From Eledone cirrhosa (Eukaryota), in the NCBI GenBank assembly GCA_964016885.1, contig OZ024744.1, positions 52,266,001 to 52,330,000 on the forward strand: 64,000 nt of DNA, given 5' to 3'. The notes beneath the pieces were generated by a model. It did no database searches. It saw nothing but the letters and a program-made list of their open reading frames with translations, and was not told the DNA's origin. How positions within the stretch are numbered: position 1 is the first letter of the stretch; every line of letters begins with the position of its first letter. Shown here one piece after another: positions 52,561-64,000 of this stretch. Both the position numbers and the translations under genes were made by a program.

Positions 52561-53126
52561 TGGCTGCCAACTCGTTTTCGAGTACGGCCACTACTTTATA
52601 TCCATGTAGGAGAACGCCTACCAATGCGCTGAACGAGTGTGACTTTTAGTCCAGCCAGCGACTTGAAAACCCCGGTACAAACACTACACTTGTGACACTT
52701 ATTGACACATAGTGCTGGGCCCATGGTACCATGTGACGACAAGTGCAGAGAGATCTCCAGATATAAAGCAATGCCTGTGCTATGAAGCTTTTATAGTGAG
52801 CAAAGGCACTGCACAAAGCCAGTCCCACTCTCTTAGCCAAGATGATATTTACCAAAAAGAAGAACAAGTCAACATCATTGGATACCATCAGGGTTGCAGG
52901 TGTTATATCAGAGTTTTCCTTCTAGAATTCTGCCTTGACAAAAGCTAAGGGGTCATCTCTCCCGATGATTTTGGATGGCCATTGACTCTTAAGAGCCCCT
53001 TTGCCCTTTGACAGGTTTTGTTTTTAGTCCTGCAGGATGTCCAAAGTACCCCTTCTCACCAAGAAACCTTGGTGGGGTTGCCAGATTAGTCGCCAACGAC
53101 CCGACCATGAGACAGGTTGTACTGGG
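52558..53126 (-). mobile_element. Non-autonomous RTE-related element
   Basis: Reverse complement of about 42303-42873. Confidence 0.82.
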
Positions 53127-53129
53127 ATA

Positions 53130-53163
<34 letters not shown>

Positions 53164-53251
53164 TGGAACAATTTGAACAGGGACAAAACAGAGAGGCAGT
53201 ACAACGAATGTTTATTAATTTCACGCTCTGGAGAGTGGGGTGTTGGTGGGG

Positions 53252-53286
53252 GACGACGTTTCGGGCATAAGCCCTTCCTCAGGTGA
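53252..53286 (-). ncRNA. Minimal hammerhead motif (weak stem I)
   Basis: Minus strand AC-CTGAGGA-A-GGGC TTAT GCCC-GAAA-CG-TC-GT. Confidence 0.65.
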
Positions 53287-53701
53287 GAAGTGTGTGGGAA
53301 CAGAGTTCAAAGGGTGTGTAGCGGAGTGGTGGAGAGACATATAGCGAAAGGAAACGGTGCGAATGAAAAAAATAAAAATAAAAATAAAAATAGAGCATGA
53401 TCAAAATACAAGGAATGAAATAAATTTAAATAAAAAAGCATGATCAAAATAAACTGAAATTAAAAGGGGGGTAAAACAGGTGGTGGAAGGGTGTGGGGTG
53501 TGTAGGGGTGGTGGCGGGTGGAGTGGGGAGAGGGAGACGGGGTGTCCGAGCATATTATATATATATATATATATATGGATGTATATATAATGTATTTTGC
53601 AATACACTTATGCTTAATTAAAAGCATTTTGAAGACCGTAAGCTATTGTTTTAAAGTAGTGACAAATTCACTCACTTTGATCTCAGCAAACAGGGGAGAT
53701 A

Positions 53702-53745
53702 AGCCGACAAGACTTGTTTCGCTTTGGTTGAAGCTTATCAAGGCC
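53702..53745 (-). ncRNA. Hammerhead ribozyme with U3-A8 core
   Basis: Minus strand GGCC-TTGATAA-GCTT CAACCA AAGC-GAAA-CAAG T CTTG-TC-GGCT. Confidence 0.68.
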
Positions 53746-54012
53746 AACTACCCCACCTGTCTGCTGAGATCATTGATGTTATATTCTTATATATACATCC
53801 ATATATATATTGCTATTTCAGAGCTCCAATTCTAATTTTTAATTTCTGCCTGACCAACAACCGCTCTGCATAATCAGCTCCTGATTATTTACTAGATTTC
53901 TAGTAAATAATGTATACATATATTATATGTTTATATATATCTATATAAACACACACACACACACATATGTATACATATATATAAATACATCTAAAACACA
54001 CAGACACACACA

Positions 54013-54089
<77 letters not shown>

Positions 54090-54111
54090 GCAGAGGCACA
54101 TACATGCATAT

Positions 54112-54581
54112 GTGATGAGCTTGATGATAATCCTCATGTTGTTGTTATTGATGATGATGATGATGGTAGTGAAGATGATGATGATGTTGATATTCATAAT
54201 GCTGATGGTGATGATAGTGATGCTGATGGTTACGGCGATGGTTCTAATGATGACGATGATCGTTATGGTGATGGTGGTGATGATTTATGATGATGATGAT
54301 GATGATGATGACGATGAAGGTTATAGATATGCTGGTGGTGGTGATGATGATGTTGATGTCGTTGATGACGGTGATGACGGTGATGATGATGGTGATGATG
54401 ATGGTGATGGAGTAGATGTTGATGACGATGATGTTGATGATGATGACGATGATGGTTATGGTTATGGTGATGGTGGTGGTGATGATGGTGTTGATGATAG
54501 TGATGATGGTGATGATGATGGGGATGATGATGATGATGATGATGATGGTAACGTTGATGAAGGTTATAATGACGTTGCATC

Positions 54582-54619
<38 letters not shown>

Positions 54620-54620
54620 C
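54112..54620. repeat. (GAT/GGT)n low-complexity trinucleotide tract
   Basis: Directly visible. Confidence 0.95.
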
Positions 54621-54827
54621 CGTTGATTGCTATGATGAGTTACGTTTCATGAGAGACGAAACAAGAGGATATGCCCCCCCCCCCCCCCTTTTGTCAGCGC
54701 CATCTCAACACGATTGACTTTACTGCACCAGATCATCATTATTGTTTTCCACTCTTATAACAATCGACCCATTAATCACAGTCAAAATATATCCCAGCAA
54801 TATTTAACAGTGAATATATTTATACAA

Positions 54828-54975
54828 GGCATATTGCTTAGTGGTTAGAGCATTGGTCTTGCAATCGAAAGGTTGTGAGTTCGATTCTTAGACCGGGTGA
54901 TGTGTTGTTTCCTTGAGCAAGACACTTTATTTCACGTTGCTCCAATTTACTCATATGTAGAAATGAATTGCGATC
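54828..54975 (+). mobile_element. tRNA-derived SINE with CORE-like domain
   Basis: GCTTAGTGGTTAGAGC (A box), GAGTTCGATTC (B box), TGTTTCCTTGAGCAAGACACTT. Confidence 0.75.
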
Positions 54976-55149
54976 CTGCCAAATCAATGGGTGGCAGTAG
55001 TTCCAGCTGTACGCATCGAAAGACTGGTGTAGTGGTTGTGAGAACAATGCAGCTTTGCAGATGACCAATGCAAATTGACAATGGAAAGGCGCTCCCGCTC
55101 AAGTTAGAAGAGAACTATTGACCTTCAGGAGAATCAGTGACCCCGCGGT

Positions 55150-55770
55150 TGAGCACTCTATTGACTTATATTCATGCAGAAACAACACCTGAATATTTCT
55201 ATAAAGAACATACCGGTACCTAGCAGCAAGACTTACCTAAAACTTCTGATGCAGTAAACGGATTTGTTCCTTAGAAGGTTGCGTTGGCGTGCCTTTTATT
55301 TCGATTACCAGGAAAAAGCGGACAATAAACAGGATAAATTTGTGTTTAAAACTTATAATAACCCTCCGAGTAACCCAGCATTGCTACCCTTCGAAAACGA
55401 TGTCTTGGAACTCACACAGAGTATCAAATTTCGGAATGGGAGCAATTCCTTCCAGCAGGACCTGAAGAATAGAATACGTTCTATTAAGGATTCTAATGCC
55501 GTTCACTCCACTCCGACAAAACTGGCAATCTATATCAAGTGGAGAGCAGTACTTACCATAAACTGGTACATAATGTTGTAACTAAGGATTACGGGGAAAA
55601 CTAATCGGAGTCTCATTAATGACATCAACGATGCTGGGTTTAAAATCACTCCTGAACTCAACATCCAGGACCGGACTGAACCTCTGGACCCTTATCTTAT
55701 CCCCCCCCCCCCTCCCCCCCCACCACCACCACACACACTTTACTCTAAAGGATCACATATCCAATTTTAT
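55150..55770 (+). mobile_element. Penelope-like element N-terminal ORF fragment
   Basis: SIKNIPVPS, FLRRLRWRAFYF, LLPFEND, IKFR, SDKTGNLY, FTLKDH; homologous to 30953-31530. Confidence 0.75.
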
Positions 55771-57199
55771 ATATAGCTCTGATTAATAATTATTCGCTTA
55801 ATTAATTCTTAATTGAGCCACACCGTGAAAGGTAGCCACACTTATATAAGTATCTGTGACTATCTCTAATTATATACATATATCCCTTTGAATTTAATAT
55901 ATACTCCCGTAAGGTTGAGTAAAATTTAGGCAGTATCTAGCTGCGCTTTCTAGCAACCAGCCTACTTGCCACCTGGCAACCAATCACAACTTTCTGCCTT
56001 GACCACTAGCCACGTGATAATTCTTAGCCATTTTTGAATTCATTCCTGACGGGGATCACTGTAGAAACAGTCTCCTGATAAGCTCCAAGCCTCGTGGATA
56101 GATCCAGGATTGGATATAACCGCAAAAAGGAACAAAACTGTTGGCAGTCGGGACTAGAGGAATTTTATATATATATATAAATATAAATGGAAAAGAATGA
56201 AACGAAATTTCATTTCTCAATCTTAGTACGGCTGATACCTAAATATAAATATGTATACGTACATACACATGTGTACAGACGTACAGTAGTATGTATATAT
56301 ATATACATACATGCACACATATATATATATATATGTACGTATGGGTTTACCGAACATTTATTATAATGCTCGGTTTGTTTGTAAACAAACAGCCCGAATT
56401 ACGCCGTACAGTGTTCAGGCAACCATCGTCGCCCTTTTGTTCAACACTGACACAGGCACCATGTACTAGTTTCAAGCTTATTAGCTATCGTCAGCATCGT
56501 ATACCTTTCTGTCAGATTATTGAACGTTTGAAAATATGTTGTTTCCTTATGCATATTAACGGCTGAGCAGCCTAATTTGCATATCGAGTGAGTTAGTCGG
56601 CCGGGCAACCGATATATTTAAGAGAAAGTAGTTCTATTTTAATATAGAAGATTATTTTGTACATTCAATAGTTGCATCAAGATAGGAATACATTTACAAA
56701 ATTTACGAAGTTAACGAAATTATACAAACATTTTTTAATATTTATGTAAAGTTTAGTTGTTACATAGAAGAAAATGTGTAAGCGTGTAAAGGGGAAGATA
56801 ACTCCAATATTTCTCAGTTAAAATAGTTAAGTTATATTTACCATTTATCCTAGAATTTACTTTAAAAATATTCTAATTAAGATATATTTGAAAATTATGT
56901 AAAAAATGTTATATATGATTTTATAATATCATATATTACATATTTTCTTAGATAGCATTCCTTATATCTATGCATATGTTAATGATATTAAGCATATTCA
57001 CATACATCATTAAAACTATCACAAAAAAAATATATATTTCAAAACATCATTTAAAAAAATCATTTAAAAAGAATATCATTAAAAAAATATCATTTAAAAA
57101 GAAAAATATCATTTAAAAAATATCACAAAACATCAGCAAAACATAGTGAAGACATATCAAATGTAAACAAGTGAGATATAGATAATATTTTCTATAGCT

Positions 57200-57730
57200 T
57201 ATAGATACTTCTGAACGTCTTAGATTGCCGATGTTTGCAGGAGTTGAATAATTCTTTCTTTTTATTTATAGAGTTTTGATTGGTAAATATATGAAATATT
57301 TCCTCAATACATAAATGACAAATTCTTGAGAGAGTCATATTTCGGTAATGCGGGCGCTTTCAAAATCGTTCCCCAAGAGATTGAATAGTCGATATTATTG
57401 TCGTTTAAGTACCAAATTAAATGTGAAAATGATGTTGAAAATATTTTGTCTGACCTATTAAATGTATGTTTGTGATTATACCAGCGTTCATTAAATTTTG
57501 TAGAATTGGCTCCTATAATAACTATATATTTTATCTCATCGCTCCAGATAATGGCGTAATATCCTCGCTTTTCTCCATTCATTGCCACGGAAGATCTTAA
57601 CGAACCGAAGGTAAACTTCCTGTTTTCCTGTTTTTCCTGTTTTCCTGTTTTCCTGTTTTCCTTCGGTTGTAATGTTTTTCGAAATATATACTTCTGCGTC
57701 CACAAATAGATTTTTTTCTATTTTATTTAG
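57200..57730 (-). mobile_element. Penelope-like GIY-YIG remnant
   Basis: IIGANSTKFNERWYNHKHTF..STSFSHLIWYLNDNNIDYSISW. Confidence 0.72.
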
Positions 57731-57887
57731 TTTTAGAAGATCCCGTTAAGCAGGAAAGCAGAGATTCTTTACTTAAACTTTAATCTGTTATTCTAATAAA
57801 TATTTCCTCTATGGTTTTTATATATTTGATATATATATTATCATTATCGAGCCCTCTTCGGATTTTAGTCTTCACGTTTATTATTAT

Positions 57888-57957
<70 letters not shown>

Positions 57958-58106
57958 GCTTAGATAACATTGTAAATATAATATTAAAGAAAATGAAGTG
58001 AACAACACAAAATATAACTTGTGCTGTTCACTTTCTAATTACATAGCTCTGTTCTATGCATAGAGCGGTCTTTTTTTCCTTTGCTTTTCCTTTGGAATTA
58101 CGTAAA

Positions 58107-58187
<81 letters not shown>

Positions 58188-58228
58188 CGATACATAAGTC
58201 AATTGCATGAACTCATAATCCTTTATTT

Positions 58229-58267
58229 ACTGCTATATATATTTCGATGATAGCCTCATCAGGCAGT
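58229..58267 (-). ncRNA. Minimal hammerhead ribozyme
   Basis: Minus strand ACTGC-CTGATGA-GGCTATCATC-GAAA-TATATA-TA-GCAGT; stem II weak. Confidence 0.65.
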
Positions 58268-58464
58268 TAGTCAGTTCTTAGATATGCCAGCTCTGTGTTT
58301 ATGGTGTTAATGGTATCAGAGTCTTGGGACATATATATATATATATATATACTTTCAGTTCCATAGAGGAATAACAACACACTCTTGATCTGAACACATC
58401 AATGGATTAACAAGGTAAAATCTATTCCAACATTATGTTTCCTGTTTTTTCTGTTCAAGTTCTA

Positions 58465-58522
58465 ACTGCCTGATGAGGTCATAACTGTTGAATAATGGCT
58501 ACCACTGAAATATATATAACAG
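58465..58522 (+). ncRNA. Degenerate hammerhead related to 58229-58267
   Basis: ACTGC-CTGATGA-GGTCAT...ATGGCT..-GAAA-TATATA-TA-ACAG. Confidence 0.5.
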
Positions 58523-58624
58523 CGAATATGATTGAACGAAGCTAATTTTGCCCTGTTGACTTACACATCTTATGCTATACGTGACTGCTGTTTAATACTT
58601 GAGCAACGCCGGGTACCTCTGCTA

Positions 58625-58686
<62 letters not shown>

Positions 58687-58911
58687 GGATTAACAAATAA
58701 TAGTTAAATGCAGTCCACTTAGGTGAAGTCCAGTTATTGTATTCCAGGTAGTGGATGATATTAACGCCTGGCTTGGTTTGACTCAACAAGGCGTTTTCAT
58801 AGTGATGCTGCGGGTATGCTGTAATTCCTATGTTGTAAACACTTGGAGTAATAATAAATCAGGAAAGAAGGTTTACATGGTTTGCTATACAAAAAAGTTT
58901 TTAATCACATA

Positions 58912-59017
58912 GCTTACATTTGTTTCACTGAACTGGTCTGTCTAGAGATCGCTATCCGCCTAATTTTGCGTCACTCGATCGCCAATACAGAATTATAACC
59001 AGTCAGATCTTCGGAGC
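58912..59017 (-). ncRNA. Hammerhead ribozyme (CCGAAGA core, ~80-nt stem II)
   Basis: Reverse complement of 61166-61271. Confidence 0.68.
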
Positions 59018-59376
59018 ATGCGAGAATGAAGAAAATACACAGGCAAGAAAAGAAAAGAAAATATGGAGTAGTTATGGCATTCAATTAGAACAATAACAAC
59101 AACAATTATTACAACAATGCTATCAATAAACTATTTAAGGAGACCCTGACATTACTTAGGTGGGGGGTATATAATGTATCTAATGTTACGGCGTGAAAAC
59201 CAGCTGTCATAAGGCAAAAAGTATCGTAGTGTGTATCAATTTTAAATTATAAAGATAAGCTAGTTTTTACAGTCCTTCTCTTCATCTTCAACAGTATACA
59301 TGAGTGGGACCACTGTCAAAGCTAAATAGTTGTAGAGTTAATACAGAGGTTAACGAATTAATATACGCATATATCT

Positions 59377-59421
<45 letters not shown>

Positions 59422-60682
59422 AATATATATGCACATATATGTGTACATAGACACATACATACACATCAATATACACTCGTACAAAAATATACATACATGC
59501 AAAGAGAAAAGCGTGCTAATTGTAGTTATGGCAAAAAGAAGGTAAAGTAACATTGTAGTAGTGAAATGAGAAAAACTAGGATCTAGGATCAAATGATTGC
59601 AGCAGCTGAGAAGGAGTAAGATTGTTGGTAGATGAGGTATTTACAGACAATTGTGTGGTATAGACTTGTGAAGGAAATAGTATACTTAATGAATATATTT
59701 CTGTGGGTAGTAGGTATCCTAATTTAAAGCTATGTTATGTTGGTTCGATTCACGGAGGTTTGAATCTTATGAATTTAGTGGCTATTCTATGTCTGCAGAA
59801 GATAGATCTTTCTAACTTATTATTAAGTAGCCTTTTAACATTTCTAAGGATATACAATAGCTCAAGATCACACAGCCCGCAATAGGACATCCCTGTACTA
59901 TAGGTTTTAACAGCCGACAACTTCGACCAGTTGATAGTGGAGCTAGCGTTGCTGTCCTTCAATTCCCATATTTTTCTGGTGAGGGTGGTGGAACCCATAA
60001 GTGCTCGATTTTTCATTGAGTGCCTGTGCACATACCATCTTTTCTTAAAAGAACCCGCGGAAAAGATGGTATGTGCACAGGCACTCAATGAAAAATCGAG
60101 CACTTATGGGTTCCACCACCCTCACCAGAAAAATATGGGAATTGAAGGACAGCAACGCTAGCTACACTATCAACTGGTCGAAGTTGTCGGCTGCTAAAAC
60201 CTATAGTACAGGGATGTCCTATTGCGGGCTGTGTGATCTTGAGCTATTGTATATCCTTAGAAATGTTAAAAGGCTACTTAATAATAAGTTAGAAAGATCT
60301 ATCTTCTGCAGGCATAGAATAGCCACTAAATTCATAAGATTCAAACCTCCGTGAATCGAACCAACATAACATAGCTTTAAATTAGGATACCTACTACCCA
60401 CAGAAATATATTCATTAAGTATACTATATCCTTCACAAGTCTATACCACACAATTGTCTGTAAATACCTCATCTACCAACAATCTTACTCCTTCTCAGCT
60501 GCTGCAATCATTTGATCCTAGATCCTAGTTTTTCTCATTTCACTACTACAATGTTACTTTACCTTCTTTTTGCCATAACTACAATTAGCGCGCTTTTCTC
60601 TTTGCATGTATGTATATTTTTGTACGAGTGTATATTGATGTGTATGTATGTGTCTATGTACACATATATGTGTATATATATT

Positions 60683-60807
<125 letters not shown>

Positions 60808-61165
60808 AGATATATGCGTATATTAATTCGTTAACCTCTGTATTAACTCTACAACTATTGAGCTTTGACAGTGGTCCCACTCATGTATACTGTTGAAGAT
60901 GAAGAGAAAGACTGTAAAAACTAGCTTATCTTTATAATTTAAAATTGATACACACTACGGTACTTTTTGCCTTATGACAGCTGATTTTCACGCCGTAACA
61001 TTAGATACATTATATACCCCCCACCTAAGTAATGTCAGGGTCTCCTTAAATAGTTTATTGATAGCATTGTTGTAATAATTGTTGTTGTTATTGTTCTAAT
61101 TGAATGCCATAATTACTCCATATTTTCTTTTCTTTGTTGCCTGTGTATTTTCTTCATTCTCGCAT

Positions 61166-61271
61166 GCTCCGAAGATCTGACTGGTTATAATTCTGTATTG
61201 GCGATCGAATGACGCAAAATTAGGCGGATAGCGATCTCTAGACAGACCAGTTCAGTGAAACAAATGTAAGC
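61166..61271 (+). ncRNA. Hammerhead ribozyme (CCGAAGA core, ~80-nt stem II)
   Basis: GCT-CCGAAGA-TCTGACTGGT...ACCAGTTCAGT-GAAAC AAAT GTA-AGC. Confidence 0.68.
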
Positions 61272-61494
61272 TATGTGATTAAAAACTTTTTTGTATAGCA
61301 AACCATGTAAACCTTCTTTCCTGATTTATATATATATATATAAAAGTGGTTGATGGAGCGCGTCTACTTTAGAGCTTGCTTTTGGCTACCATATTCCCTC
61401 ACCAGGCCTGAGTACATCAGATTTCTTCGAGAGAAAGATAGAGAGTGAGAGACAGGAAACAAAAAAGAGATTTAGAGGAAGAATCGTCCCCAGT

Positions 61495-61622
61495 AGTAGA
61501 CTGGTACTCTTTCATTGCTCTCGAAAGGATGAACGGCCAAGTTGACCTCGGCGTGATTTAAACTCCGAGAGCAGAGAGGCGGAACGTTTACCATAAAGCA
61601 TTCTATCTGACGTTCTAACGAC
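61495..61622 (-). mobile_element. tRNA-derived SINE fragment
   Basis: Reverse-complement similarity to 51860-51985. Confidence 0.7.
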
Positions 61623-63035
<1,413 letters not shown>

Positions 63036-63042
63036 ACATATA

Positions 63043-63175
<133 letters not shown>

Positions 63176-64000
63176 CTCTGTGTGTGTGTGTGTGTGTGCC
63201 TCTGTGTGTGTGTGCCTGTGTGTGTGTGTATAAATAGCCGTGTTTACACCGTGTCCCTTCATATCGTAAGAAGTGACTAAACGTTTGATGTTTGAAAGGG
63301 CATCCATCTGTAAAACGTTGTCTCAAAAATTCCCGTCCAATCTATGAAAACCTGGAAAATTCAATGTAGAAATGGTGGTGATGATGTTGCTGATGACGAT
63401 GATGATTATTATGGTGATGATCACATTCATATTGTGCCATTATATTCATGAAATAGCGTTGCCTTCATTCAAAAATTAAAATAAAGCCCGATTCTATGAA
63501 ATGTATCAAAACAAACAATATGTTCAGAAATCTGAAACATAGATCTCCCTTCGTAGCAATGTTCAATTAAAACTTATAGTATTCTCCTCAACCTTGGGCT
63601 CATCGGGCCGGAGATTATCCCACTCTCATTAAGCGTTTGAAATTACACCACTCCCGTCTGGACTGCATATTGTTATTGCTTTTGTTGTTGCTGTCGTTAC
63701 TGTTGTTGCTTTTGTTGTTGCTGTCGTTGCTGTTGTTACTATTGTTGTTGCTTATTTATAGGTCTATTCCTGAATACATCTATGAGTCATCGCTCGTGTA
63801 TTGCTTAATTATAGCAGTGCATTATAGTACATTATAGCAGTGCCACCCCTAAATAGTGGATATCTACCCCCAGTGATCGATAGGACTACCCATGGGTTAT
63901 GGTTGAACTCGTGGGTCAAAATCTGATATATGTATAAGGAATGAGAATATATAAAATAATTGAATCCTCTTTTGACACAAGGTGAACAATTTTAAGTGAT

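Noticed and set aside
54828-54900. tRNA gene
   Set aside because: The cloverleaf is degenerate and runs into a CORE-like SINE body.
56040-56150. Tandem hammerhead-like boxes (CTGACGG..GAAAC, CTGATAAG..)
   Set aside because: Cores are mutated and stems cannot be formed convincingly.

Overview
Eukaryotic, AT-rich, almost entirely repeat-derived DNA (intergenic or intronic). The microsatellite and SINE style suggests a cephalopod such as Octopus, but this is an inference. I found no convincing host exon. The window is a nest of mostly degenerate retroelements: R4/Dong-type RLE non-LTR elements (five segments, one nearly intact), RTE-clade LINEs with C-terminal C2H2 fingers and their short non-coding derivatives, a Tx1/L1-like pair, a CR1-like LINE, a Chapaev3-like DNA transposon, tRNA-derived SINEs, and at least seven Penelope-like element (PLE; RT + GIY-YIG) segments. 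The main signal the ORF track does not explain is RNA structure. Reading by eye gives about 15 type I hammerhead ribozyme (HHR) motifs plus several degenerate ones. They include U4C cores, a compensatory U3-A8 core, and 65-100 nt stem II expansions. Most lie in PLE pseudo-LTRs or in small non-coding fold-back inserts in (TA)n, and one 620-bp insert looks like a retrozyme. Coordinates and folds were derived manually and boundaries are approximate. No database search or folding program was run.
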